Under the pieces are notes generated by a model. That model ran no database searches. It was not told where the DNA came from and saw only the letters and a program-made list of their open reading frames with translations. From a candidate division WOR-3 bacterium (GTDB taxonomy: Bacteria; Hydrothermota; Tepidihabitantia; Tepidihabitantales; Tepidihabitantaceae), in the NCBI GenBank assembly GCA_037441285.1, contig JBBISL010000003.1, positions 74,763 to 138,762 of the forward strand: a DNA stretch of 64,000 bases. The letters are read 5' to 3'. Both the position numbers and the translations under genes were made by a program. Within the stretch, counting starts at the first letter, position 1. Each line of letters opens with the position of its first letter. Shown here piece by piece: positions 20,269 through 29,328 of this stretch.

Positions 20269-21198
20269 TTAACCGAGGAAATATGCCCGGTAAATCGAAT
20301 CTTCGATGAGCGGGCGGGCGATGGCAACATCCTGTTTGATTTGCGCCTTGAGTGCCTCCGGGCTATCAAATCGGATTTCGGGTCGGATGCGTTCAAGAAA
20401 ATGGACGGTAACCTTTGCCACTTCCGGGGCATTTGCCGGGTAATCAAGGAGATGGATTTCTATCGTCCGGTTGTTTCCGCCAAATGTCGGGCGAAAGCCG
20501 ATGTTGAGAACACCGCCAAAGTTTCCCAGAGGGGTTTCAGCGATAGCCGCATAAACACCTTCGGCGGGTAACAGCTTTTCCCGATGCAGCGGTTGCAGGT
20601 TGATAGTTGGAAAGCCAAGCCGTCGGCCGGTGCCAGAGCCGCGGGTAACCTTGCCGGTGAAGGCATAAGGTCGACCTAAAAGTTCTGCGGCAAGACGGAC
20701 ATGGCCTAATACGAGGTGTTCCCGAATCCGGGTACTTTTTACCGGTGCGCCGAGGTGATGAAATTCCGGAACTGTTTCTAATTGGATACCGTGAGGTTTT
20801 AAGAGAGATGCGAGGAGGTTGATGTCGCCTCTGCCATCTTTGCCAAAGCGGTGGTCCACGCCGAGGACTAAAACCGCGGGTTGCAGGGGCTGGACGATGT
20901 AACTTTTGATAAACTGTTCGGGCTCGGTTGAACGCAGTTGCTGGTTAAATTCAATGAGATAGGTGAACTGGATGCCCAGTTCGGTGAGGAGTGGAATCTT
21001 TTCGTCAATTGTCGTCAGGAGGTAGGGGAAATCAGGGTGGAGAAGTTGGGCGGGCAAAGGGTGAAAGGTCACCATTGCTGGAATGCCGTGGATGGCTCGG
21101 GCGATTTCCTGAACCCGGTGGATGATTGCCTGATGGCCGAGATGCAACCCATCAAAGCTGCCGATGGTTAATACCAACTGACTCTTTTCAATCGGCAT
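20269..21198 (-). CDS. ribF: bifunctional riboflavin kinase/FAD synthetase
   Basis: IGSFDGLHLGH, STRIR, GFPTIN, NIGFRPTF. Confidence 0.95.
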   Translation of the reverse strand: MPIEKSQLVLTIGSFDGLHLGHQAIIHRVQEIARAIHGIPAMVTFHPLPAQLLHPDFPYLLTTIDEKIPLLTELGIQFTYLIEFNQQLRSTEPEQFIKSYIVQPLQPAVLVLGVDHRFGKDGRGDINLLASLLKPHGIQLETVPEFHHLGAPVKSTRIREHLVLGHVRLAAELLGRPYAFTGKVTRGSGTGRRLGFPTINLQPLHREKLLPAEGVYAAIAETPLGNFGGVLNIGFRPTFGGNNRTIEIHLLDYPANAPEVAKVTVHFLERIRPEIRFDSPEALKAQIKQDVAIARPLIEDSIYRAYFLG

Positions 21199-22129
21199 AA
21201 ATCACCCTTACGGGTTTGATTCGGTTGTCGGATATTTTAACCAGCGCAAGGAAGCTGTTGTCAGGAGAAAGGGCAAGCGAGATATCGGGTAATGGGTTGA
21301 GTAAGGACTGGTTACGGTTCTGGGCTTCAGGTAAGGTTATGTTTAAAACAGGAAGGGTGATGATTTTCCCCTGAAGGAGCATCCCCGCCTGTTCTGGTGT
21401 TATGGTAATTCGGGGGAGTTGAGTTAGCGCCTGTTCAACCGGAATAAGAAAATTTTTCCAATCGGCTTCGGGCGCAGTTAGGTTTTCAAGAGAGACCGCG
21501 GTCTCGAGGGTGAAATTGCCGACTTTTTTTCTGGTTAGACCGGTCAGGGTGGCACAGGAGTTGAGGGCGAAACCGATGTCCCGCACCAGACTGCGAATGT
21601 AAGTGCCGCTGGAGACAAGGCAACGGATAGTGGCGCAGGGTGGTTGCCAGTTGAGCAGATTTAGTTCATAGACTGTAACCAGCCGGGGATGCGGGGTAAA
21701 TTCCACACCCTGCCGTGCCAGTTTATAGAGCGGCGTGCCCGCATTTTTCAATGCGGAAAACCGGGGTGGGGTCTGTTCAAATTCACCGGTGAATCGGTGC
21801 ACGATGATTCTTTCCGCCTCTTCAGAGTTAATCTGTGGTACCGCGGCGGTCGCAATGGTTTTGCCCGTGATGTCGTCGGTATCGGTTTGAATCCCGAACC
21901 GAATTTCGGCTTCGTACTCCTTGGGCTGATTGAGCAAAAAACGGCTGATTTTGGTCGCCTCGTTTATCAGAATTAGCAATACCCCGGTTCCGATTGGGTC
22001 CAGGGTGCCGGCATGACCAATTCTTTTCGGTTTGAGCAAAGGTTTAAGACGCCGGATTATATCATAAGAAGAAATTCCAGCCGGTTTGTTGATGTTCAAA
22101 AGCCCGCGCATCCGGATAGTTGCCGTCAC
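21188..22129 (-). CDS. truB: tRNA pseudouridine(55) synthase
   Basis: NKPAGISS, GHAGTLDP, SSGTYIRSL; start GTG 22129 or ATG 22111. Confidence 0.95.
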   Translation of the reverse strand: MTATIRMRGLLNINKPAGISSYDIIRRLKPLLKPKRIGHAGTLDPIGTGVLLILINEATKISRFLLNQPKEYEAEIRFGIQTDTDDITGKTIATAAVPQINSEEAERIIVHRFTGEFEQTPPRFSALKNAGTPLYKLARQGVEFTPHPRLVTVYELNLLNWQPPCATIRCLVSSGTYIRSLVRDIGFALNSCATLTGLTRKKVGNFTLETAVSLENLTAPEADWKNFLIPVEQALTQLPRITITPEQAGMLLQGKIITLPVLNITLPEAQNRNQSLLNPLPDISLALSPDNSFLALVKISDNRIKPVRVIYAD

Positions 22130-22530
22130 TTTTCATCTGATGGGGTGTTGTCTTCGTTGTTGTTACGGTCGGGAGCTTCTTTTTCTTCCTCCTCCGGGTT
22201 AAGCTGGTCGAGGATTTCGCCGATGCGTTGCTCTTCGATGAGAATTTCGTCCAGTTCGAAGTGAAGCTCTGGTAAAAACTTCAGCTTAAGTCGTTGACCA
22301 AGAAGGCGCCGGATAAACCTTCGGGCGTGTTCAAGACGAGTGCGGGAGCGCTGGCGCTGGTTTTCATCACCCATTACCGAGATATAGACGGTGGCGTTAC
22401 GCAGGTCCCGGGAAAGAGAACAACGGGTAATTGTAACAAAGCCAATCGCCGGGTCCGAAAGTTTTGTCAGCACGATGTCGGCGACGATGTCCCGAATTGC
22501 GTCCGCGACCCTCAAATCCCGATGTTGCAT
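22126..22530 (-). CDS. rbfA: 30S ribosome-binding factor A
   Basis: DP.IGFVTIT...SRDLRNATVY...PELHFELD; rbfA-truB-ribF synteny. Confidence 0.92.
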   Translation of the reverse strand: MQHRDLRVADAIRDIVADIVLTKLSDPAIGFVTITRCSLSRDLRNATVYISVMGDENQRQRSRTRLEHARRFIRRLLGQRLKLKFLPELHFELDEILIEEQRIGEILDQLNPEEEEKEAPDRNNNEDNTPSDEK

Positions 22531-22611
22531 ACGCTATTTTAAACAAATCTGGTATTATTGTCCAGTTAGCAAATCTTTGACATCACGCCGATTGAAGTTA
22601 AATTGGTGTCA

Positions 22612-23853
22612 ATGGTGGTAAAGCAAGTTTCCTTCGGGTTTTTTCGTCCGGTTAAAGTGATTGGGGCGGGAGGTTTAACCGTACTAAGTCTGGTGATTTT
22701 TATAGCCTGTTACCATTACTCAACGCCCACGCAACACCGTTTTTCTTCGGGTAAGGAGATTTTTGTTCGGGTGCGATTGAGTGTCGGACATTACAGCGTA
22801 AAACTGAAAGGAGCGCAAGGGTTGCTTATAATGACAAATGATTTACGCTATGAAGTTGGTCCGGAAAAGGCTGTTGTGCTGGACCAGGAGGACAACCGGA
22901 TTGCGGTGAAGTTGATTGATGGGAGAAGTTATCGTGGGGTCCCGACACTCTGGCAAAGTACCAATGACACAGTATTTTTTTTCAGCACTGGACTGATTGA
23001 AGTTGAAGGTAGACGGTATCGGGGTGAAATTCGGGCGTTCATCGTTCCCGACACCGGTATCGTGGTGGTGAACAAACTGACACTTGAGCAGTATCTGTAT
23101 GGTGTGGTGCCGGCAGAAATCGGACCAATTAAACCCGAGACATTTGAAGCGGTAAAAGCCCAGGCGGTTGCCGCTCGCAGTTTTACGCTGACCCGGCTAA
23201 GGATGCGATGCGGCCTGGGTTATGAACTTTACGACAGTTATCTCCGGGACCAGGAGTATCAAGGGGCGGATAGGGAGGTTGGTCTTGGAAACAAGGCGGT
23301 TGATGAGACAAAAGGTGAGGTGCTGATGTTTAACGATGAGGTCGCGGTAGCACTTTATCACGGGAATTGTGGTGGGATTACTGCCGATGGTTCAGAACCT
23401 TACCTTCGGTCAGTTTACGACACACCGGGAAATCGCGCTGGGGCACAGCCATTTTGTGCTTCGAGTAAAAACTATTACTGGCGTCGGAGTGTGTCTCAGG
23501 ACAGTGTAGAATTGGTATTAATGCAATTAAAGGGTTGGAAAAACAAACCCAAATTGCGCGGTTTTAGGCTGGAGAAAGACCGACTGAATAAAAGAGTAAC
23601 AAGGGTTCGATTCCAAACCGACCGAGGTGAGGTTGCGGTCGATGGCAGTCAATTCCGGCTTGCCCTTGGTTTGAAGTCCACATTTTTTCAAATGAAACTT
23701 TTAGCCCGCCGTTTTAGTTTTGAAGGTCGAGGCTGGGGCCATGGGGTTGGCTTATGTCAGGATGGGGCGATTGCCATGGCACTTAAGGGATACAACTACC
23801 GCCAGATTTTAAGCCATTACTATCCGGCGTTGCGAATTAAAAAGGTGTATTAA
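22612..23853 (+). CDS. SpoIID/LytB domain peptidoglycan lytic transglycosylase
   Basis: YRGEI, LEQYLYGVVPAE, AVKAQAVAARS, GWGHGVGLCQ, ILSHYYP. Confidence 0.9.
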   Translation: MVVKQVSFGFFRPVKVIGAGGLTVLSLVIFIACYHYSTPTQHRFSSGKEIFVRVRLSVGHYSVKLKGAQGLLIMTNDLRYEVGPEKAVVLDQEDNRIAVKLIDGRSYRGVPTLWQSTNDTVFFFSTGLIEVEGRRYRGEIRAFIVPDTGIVVVNKLTLEQYLYGVVPAEIGPIKPETFEAVKAQAVAARSFTLTRLRMRCGLGYELYDSYLRDQEYQGADREVGLGNKAVDETKGEVLMFNDEVAVALYHGNCGGITADGSEPYLRSVYDTPGNRAGAQPFCASSKNYYWRRSVSQDSVELVLMQLKGWKNKPKLRGFRLEKDRLNKRVTRVRFQTDRGEVAVDGSQFRLALGLKSTFFQMKLLARRFSFEGRGWGHGVGLCQDGAIAMALKGYNYRQILSHYYPALRIKKVY

Positions 23854-24452
23854 CCCCGAGGTTGGGCAGAAGATTCGGTCTCGGTTTCCTTATCTTCCGG
23901 TACATCGGTAACGAACACGGCGGCGGCAACAACCGTTGTCCACAGGCCATTTTTATTGCCGATGGCGCTCTGGGTGATGTTCTGGGTGCGGACAATCTCT
24001 TTGGCGATTTTCCACACCTCTTTCCGTTTGTCGTAACTGAGGTCCGGGTCAAAGGGTACGCCCAGGGTGGTGGCAAGCATCTGCGCGGCAAGGTCTTCGG
24101 CATAATCGCCGGCTTTTTCTTCTCGCTCACCGAAAGAGTGGTATTCGGAGAGGTAGCCGTAGCGCGATGGGTCCTTGGGGATAGCGATACCGATGGATGC
24201 GGCGATGAGCCGGTGCGGTTCGTTAGTGGCGTTATCACTGATAACTACAAACAGCACCTGGCCCGGTTTCAACAGATTCAAACCGCGCGTGCGTGAAATA
24301 ATCCGGCAATAGGGCGGAAAGATAGAAGAGACGCGCACCAGGTTGAAGGGAGCGATGCCCGCATCGCGCAATGCCGCCTCAAAACTGGCGAGGCGTTCTC
24401 GATGAACACCAACCCCTTTGGTGAGGAATACATAACGAGGCAAGATGACCAT
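23850..24452 (-). CDS. pdaD: pyruvoyl-dependent arginine decarboxylase
   Basis: SFEAALRDAGIAPFNLVRVSSIFPP (Ser-Ser autocleavage site), GYLSEYH. Confidence 0.88.
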   Translation of the reverse strand: MVILPRYVFLTKGVGVHRERLASFEAALRDAGIAPFNLVRVSSIFPPYCRIISRTRGLNLLKPGQVLFVVISDNATNEPHRLIAASIGIAIPKDPSRYGYLSEYHSFGEREEKAGDYAEDLAAQMLATTLGVPFDPDLSYDKRKEVWKIAKEIVRTQNITQSAIGNKNGLWTTVVAAAVFVTDVPEDKETETESSAQPRG

Positions 24453-24474
24453 CTACCCCCCTAAAAGCAAAAGG

Positions 24475-24547
24475 TGGAGCAGACCAGATTTGAACTGGCG
24501 ACCTCCAGAGTGCGATTCTGGCGCTCTCCCAACTGAGCTACTGCCCC
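24475..24547 (-). tRNA. tRNA-Ala(CGC)
   Basis: GGGGCAGTAGCTCAGTTGGGAGAGCGCCAGAATCGCACTCTGGAGGTCGCCAGTTCAAATCTGGTCTGCTCCA: cloverleaf, G3:U70 pair, anticodon CGC; followed by CCT rather than CCA. Confidence 0.95.
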
Positions 24548-24664
24548 AGGTACTTTTACCGCATGTGCCGTATTCAAGGCAACATGCTCCGTTTGAACCC
24601 CGAACCGCCAGCAACTGCCTGTGCCGGTCCGGATTGAAAAGTTATTTGGTTCACTGCCGAATGA

Positions 24665-24692
24665 ATTGTAAGCAAGCGCCGGCATTTGTCAA
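24665..24692 (-). promoter_or_regulatory. sigma70-type promoter TTGACA-N16-TACAAT upstream of tRNA-Ala/pdaD
   Basis: Near-consensus boxes about 115 nt upstream of the tRNA. Confidence 0.6.
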
Positions 24693-24720
24693 TAGATGAG
24701 TTTCGTGGAAACCCGGTCTC

Positions 24721-24748
24721 TTGACCTAAAGCGGTTTCCACATACAAT
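24721..24748 (+). promoter_or_regulatory. sigma70-type promoter TTGACC-N16-TACAAT, leaderless DUF763 transcript
   Basis: -10 box 6 nt before ATG 24755. Confidence 0.6.
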
Positions 24749-24754
24749 CAGTTT

Positions 24755-25837
24755 ATGCGGCGCGGCATTGCCGATTTGCCTTTGCATTATGGCTCGGCAC
24801 CGGCCTGGCTTTTTGAAAGAATGAAGCGGCTGGTACGGGCGGTTGTGGAAGTTATCGTAGGGGAGTTCGGGGCAGAGGAGGTTTTGCGTCGGTTCTCAGA
24901 CCCGGTTTGGTTTCAGAGCCTCGGTTGTGTTGCCGGATTTGACTGGCACTCTTCGGGTTTGACGACAACAGTTTGTGGTGCCCTGAAGGAAGGAATTAAA
25001 GGTTTAGAGCCCGATTTGGGATTTTTTGTCTGCGGTGGAAAGGGCAGGGCAGCGCGCCGGACACCAGAGGAGATTAATTTTTATGCCGAACGGTTTGGGG
25101 TCAATGGGACGATTTTAACCCAGACCAGTCGGCTGGTTGCTAAAGTTGATTCCAGCGGCTTGCAGGATGGTTTTCAGATTTACCACCATATGTTCATCGG
25201 CACCAGGGATGGGAAGTGGGCAATAGTGCAACAGGGGATGAATGCGACAACGCGCTGGGCACGAAGGTATCACTGGTATTCAGAGGGTCTGGAAAGTTTT
25301 GTAAACGAGCCCCATAAGGCGATTGCTGGAGCACGAGCGAGTGCCGTGTTGAATATGGTTGCCCGGGAGGCGGAAAAGGCAAGGCAGGTGGTGGTGCAAC
25401 TGGCACAGGATGTTCCGGAAAAGACCCTGAAGGAGGTTACAAGATTAAAAATGCCGGAGCATCACCCGATTCTTGATACGGACATCAGTCCCAACTATTT
25501 AAAAAAGGTGCTGGTCAGTACCTATGAGAAACCACCGGCAGACTTCGCCCAATTTTTACTTACACCCGGGGTCGGACCGAAAACGGTGCGAGCGTTGGCG
25601 CTGGTGGCTGAGGTGGTTTATGGGGCGCCACTTTCTTTTCGGGACCCGGTAACTTACTCATTTGCCCATGGTGGGAAGGATGGGTATCCTTATCCGGTCA
25701 ACCGCCGTGATTATGACCACACCATTTCCTTTCTCGAAAAGGGAATCAAAGAGGCAAAACTGGGGCGGGGTGAGAAACTTGCTGCGCTTAAACGGCTTGA
25801 GCGATGGTCAGGAGCTGTTTCAACAGTTGAACGATGA
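24755..25837 (+). CDS. DUF763 domain protein
   Basis: DLPLHYG.AP.WL, DPVWFQSLGC..GFDWHSSG, VVQQGMN-like, ARRYHW, FAHGGKDG.PYPV; HhH-like PGVGPKT. Confidence 0.88.
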   Translation: MRRGIADLPLHYGSAPAWLFERMKRLVRAVVEVIVGEFGAEEVLRRFSDPVWFQSLGCVAGFDWHSSGLTTTVCGALKEGIKGLEPDLGFFVCGGKGRAARRTPEEINFYAERFGVNGTILTQTSRLVAKVDSSGLQDGFQIYHHMFIGTRDGKWAIVQQGMNATTRWARRYHWYSEGLESFVNEPHKAIAGARASAVLNMVAREAEKARQVVVQLAQDVPEKTLKEVTRLKMPEHHPILDTDISPNYLKKVLVSTYEKPPADFAQFLLTPGVGPKTVRALALVAEVVYGAPLSFRDPVTYSFAHGGKDGYPYPVNRRDYDHTISFLEKGIKEAKLGRGEKLAALKRLERWSGAVSTVER

Positions 25838-26778
25838 AGGAACTCAGGCGTCTTTTTCCACAGGAGTTTATCGACCGTTACTCAAAGTTTATACCGGATT
25901 TTGATATTTTCCTGGAAGCGATGGCTACTCCTTTGCCCACGGTTTTCCGGGTTAACAACTTGAAGGCGACACCGGATAAGGTCCTGCCGCTTTTAAGCGA
26001 TTTCCAGCCCGAACCCCTGCCTTATTATCCTTTTGGTTTTGTTGCCCGAAAAGGAGAAGGTCTGGGTAAGACCATCAGCCACTTTATCGGACTGATTTAT
26101 ATTCAGGATGCGGCTTCGATGATACCGGCACTTGTGCTTGACCCGAAACCAGGGGAGCGAATTCTTGATCTCGCCGCGGCACCGGGTTCCAAAACGACGC
26201 AAATGGCGGCAATGATGAACAATACGGGTTTGATTGTTGCCAATGATATTTCCTTAGACCGGGTGCGCGGTTTGATTGGTAACATTGACCGGATGGGATG
26301 TTTGAATGTTGCGGTTTGCCGTACCAACGGGCTGTCTATCGCAAAGACGATTTCTGGTTTCTTTGACCGCGTTCTGGTCGATGCGCCCTGTTCTTCAGAG
26401 GGAACGATTCGAAAGACACGCGAGGCGTTAAATCGCTGGACCGTAAAGGCGACTCAACGGTTTTCAATGCTCCAGCGGGGTTTGATACGCGCCGGGTATC
26501 AGGCTTTGAAACCCGGTGGGGTGATGGTTTATTCTACCTGTACGATTGCGCCGGAGGAGAATGAAGCGGTCGTAGCGGCGTTGCTCAAACGATATCCTGA
26601 TGCCGAGATTGTGCCGTTTCAACTCCGAGGGTTTGTTACACGACCGGCACTAACCGAATGGGAAGGCGAAGCTTTTCCTGAGGTGGTGAAACGGTGTTGC
26701 CGGATTTTACCGCAGGATAACGACACCGAAGCCTTTTTTGTTGCCCTAATCAGGAAGCCAATAAATGGAACAGATTGA
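25834..26778 (+). CDS. RsmB/NOP2-family m5C RNA methyltransferase (RsmF-like catalytic domain)
   Basis: IQDAASM, LDLAAAPGSKT, VDAPCS, YSTCT..PEENE. Confidence 0.92.
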   Translation: MKELRRLFPQEFIDRYSKFIPDFDIFLEAMATPLPTVFRVNNLKATPDKVLPLLSDFQPEPLPYYPFGFVARKGEGLGKTISHFIGLIYIQDAASMIPALVLDPKPGERILDLAAAPGSKTTQMAAMMNNTGLIVANDISLDRVRGLIGNIDRMGCLNVAVCRTNGLSIAKTISGFFDRVLVDAPCSSEGTIRKTREALNRWTVKATQRFSMLQRGLIRAGYQALKPGGVMVYSTCTIAPEENEAVVAALLKRYPDAEIVPFQLRGFVTRPALTEWEGEAFPEVVKRCCRILPQDNDTEAFFVALIRKPINGTD

Positions 26779-27175
26779 TTTTTTGCGGTTGAGGTTTGGA
26801 TTGCCGGCGAACTGGCTGGAGGGTCTAAAACTTATAAAAGAACAGGAGACAATTTTTGCCGGGACTTCAGAAGTGATGCAGTTTGATCGGTTGAAACCGT
26901 TACGCCGCGGGATACGGCTCTGTCGGCTATTTCCTCATTCGGTCAAACCAACCACTTTTGCGATGCAGATTTTAGGGAAATCGGCTCAGAAAAACCTAAT
27001 TGAGGTTAACGATGAGCAGGCAAAAGGCCTGATCAACGGCAGTGCTATTGAAATTGACGCCAGGGTGGAGAATGGGTTTGTGCTTATCGTCTGGCAGGGT
27101 TTCGTGCTGGGTGTAGGGCTTTATAAGAAGCCGGTTTTGAAGTCGCATATCCCTAAGGTTAGACCGGTTGAATAA
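26765..27175 (+). CDS. RsmF C-terminal-like (PUA-type) domain protein
   Basis: GIRL...KPTTFAMQ.LG..A.KN.IE...GFVLI....VLGVG...LKSHIPK resembles the RsmF C-terminal domains; overlaps the methyltransferase gene. Confidence 0.6.
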   Translation: MEQIDFLRLRFGLPANWLEGLKLIKEQETIFAGTSEVMQFDRLKPLRRGIRLCRLFPHSVKPTTFAMQILGKSAQKNLIEVNDEQAKGLINGSAIEIDARVENGFVLIVWQGFVLGVGLYKKPVLKSHIPKVRPVE

Positions 27176-27229
27176 ACCCGAATGCAGGTTAACGGGTAAA
27201 ATGAGAAGAGAAGGGGCTGAGCCGGTTGA

Positions 27230-27808
27230 TTAAATCCAGTTGCCCTGCCGCAGCAGTTCGTAGAGGACAACCGCCGCCGCGGTTGCGACATTAAGCGAAT
27301 TCTTATAGCCCAAAACCGGGATGTCAACAATGCCGTCACATAGCCCCAAGACTTGCTGAGAAACACCCAGCGCTTCGTTGCCGAGAACGATGCCGACAGG
27401 AAATTGGTAGGTGAAACGATGAAAAGAGGGGGCGCCGGTAACCGTTTCCAGGGCGACAATTTGCACCCCGTTTTTTTTCAGCTCCTGGACGGCGTCAATG
27501 GTTTCTTGGAACCAACGCCAGGGCACGGAATTGGTTGTGCCCAAAGCGGTTTGCTCCAGTTTTTTATGGGGAGGATGAGCGGTGTAGCCGCAGAGCAGAA
27601 TTTCCCGGGCGCGGGTAACATCAGCAAGTCGGAAGATAGCGCCGACATTGAAGGCGCTGCGGAGGTTGTCAAGGATAATGTAAATCGGATGCCGGGGAAG
27701 TTGGGCAAACTCTTCGGGAGGAAGGTGCGAATCCCGGGAGCGAACTTCGTAAAATGTTTCGATGCCATCCGGTGCGGGCAGGTGTTTTGGAAAGCGTGGT
27801 GTTTTCAA
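27230..27808 (-). CDS. TrmH/SpoU-family RNA methyltransferase
   Basis: LDNLRSAFNVGAIFR, LGNEALGV, SLNVATA. Confidence 0.92.
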   Translation of the reverse strand: MKTPRFPKHLPAPDGIETFYEVRSRDSHLPPEEFAQLPRHPIYIILDNLRSAFNVGAIFRLADVTRAREILLCGYTAHPPHKKLEQTALGTTNSVPWRWFQETIDAVQELKKNGVQIVALETVTGAPSFHRFTYQFPVGIVLGNEALGVSQQVLGLCDGIVDIPVLGYKNSLNVATAAAVVLYELLRQGNWI

Positions 27809-27818
27809 CTTCGTGGTC

Positions 27819-28460
27819 CTATCGTTGGCAAAGAGTTTTCTGAGCCACGGCGTTGAGTTGCTGGATAAGCCGCAAAGTTTCCGGCAGCGTTTTGCCGGAA
27901 ACGATGACGCCGTGATTGACCCAGATTATTAAACGGTAGTTTTTTAATGCTCGGGCGGTGGCACGAGCCAGAGAATATGAGCCGGGTTCAAAAAAGGGGA
28001 GCGCGGTAACTACGCCAGGAAGTTTTTTCAGGAATGGAGTTAGTTTCCGGAGCAGGGTTCGGGGGTGAGGAAAGAGCGCGGTCAAACGCACGGTATCTGA
28101 GGGATGGGTGTGGAAAAGGACCGTTTCTGCAGGGCGAAACCTTTTCAGGACGCGCTGTCCCAGGATGTGGGTTGGAAGTTCTTTTGTTGGTTTGACCCCG
28201 GAAGGTAAGACCCGATAGCGCCATCCAACTTTTTGGGGTTGAACAATACAGATGGAAGAGTGCGGTTCACGGGCGACTTGTTGCATTGAGACACCGGTGA
28301 TTTTGGTCAGCAAATAGTCCTCGATTCTGATTGAAAAATTACCGGCATTTTGTTTCGCCCAGCCTAAAGCGGCAACGCGTGAGGCTGTCCGCTTGAGAAC
28401 GGGGAGATAGCGCTGGATAACTTTACCCCAATCCGGTTCTGGTTGCTGGGGTCGGGACAT
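27819..28460 (-). CDS. class II aldolase/adducin family protein
   Basis: AGNFSIR, PTKELPTH, HTHP, NHG metal motifs; ATG 28460 just downstream of a promoter. Confidence 0.75.
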   Translation of the reverse strand: MSRPQQPEPDWGKVIQRYLPVLKRTASRVAALGWAKQNAGNFSIRIEDYLLTKITGVSMQQVAREPHSSICIVQPQKVGWRYRVLPSGVKPTKELPTHILGQRVLKRFRPAETVLFHTHPSDTVRLTALFPHPRTLLRKLTPFLKKLPGVVTALPFFEPGSYSLARATARALKNYRLIIWVNHGVIVSGKTLPETLRLIQQLNAVAQKTLCQR

Positions 28461-28573
28461 AGTCTGGATATTACGGGATAGAAGGAGGTGAGTCAAGCCC
28501 GCAGTTGGTGCTGGTTATACTTGACTGGCTATTTTGCCCGATTAGGATTTAAAAAGGAGAAAGGAGTTGAACG

Positions 28574-28840
28574 ATGACAAAATGGGAATACAAGTTTTTA
28601 CAGATTGATATCAACCTGAGCCCGATCTTGAAGATGGCACGCTGGGGTGTACAGGTGCCGGGTGAAAAGAAGGCGCGGGATACGATGGAGGGGGTTGAAG
28701 CCTATGTCAATGATTTGGGACGAGAAGGGTGGGAACTGGTGGCAACGGTTAATGGGTCGGAACACAGCGGAATAATAACCCGGGCGGTTCTGTTTTTTAA
28801 AAGACCTTTAGTTGAGCAAGAAACCAATTCGGCAAGATGA
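28574..28840 (+). CDS. DUF4177-like small protein
   Basis: KWEYK...LGREGWELV...FFKRP pattern; strong AAGGAG RBS. Confidence 0.75.
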   Translation: MTKWEYKFLQIDINLSPILKMARWGVQVPGEKKARDTMEGVEAYVNDLGREGWELVATVNGSEHSGIITRAVLFFKRPLVEQETNSAR

Positions 28841-29328
28841 GGCTCAACTGGATTGACATATTGACGATTGGGGTTGTTGCGACCGGTGCAGCGATTCAGT
28901 TTCTCAGGGCAACAAGGGATTTTTCGCTCGTTCTTTATGAAACAGCCCTTTTTATCGGGGCGCTGGTTGCTACGGTGCGGCTTTTTATCCCCATTCATCA
29001 GATAATCGGTCTTGCCCCGGCGGTCTGTTTTATCGGCATTTTTGTCATTTTATCGGTGCTGGCGTTGTTGATTGCCAGCATGTTCAATCAGCTGGTTGAG
29101 TTCGGGTTTGGAGTGTTCAACCATTTCATCGGTCTATTACTGGGGATTGTTTGTGGTACGGTGTTCGGGCATGCTGTGCTGCGGACCCTTATTATCGCTT
29201 ACGAGGTGAGTCGACCTCAGGTGGTTGAGGCGGTGCACCGTTCCTGGATGGCAACCCAGGTGCTTTACTTTGGCGCCTTCCGCGAGTTGCTGGCGATATT
29301 GCGAATTGCTCGCTACAACAACATTTAA
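28837..29328 (+). CDS. CvpA-like membrane protein
   Basis: N-terminal 'NWIDIL', about 4 TM helices, 'NHFIGLLLG'. Confidence 0.55.
   Translation: MRLNWIDILTIGVVATGAAIQFLRATRDFSLVLYETALFIGALVATVRLFIPIHQIIGLAPAVCFIGIFVILSVLALLIASMFNQLVEFGFGVFNHFIGLLLGIVCGTVFGHAVLRTLIIAYEVSRPQVVEAVHRSWMATQVLYFGAFRELLAILRIARYNNI

Noticed and set aside
24461..24699. 74-aa and 84-aa ORFs across the tRNA
   Set aside because: They overlap a clear tRNA gene and are spurious
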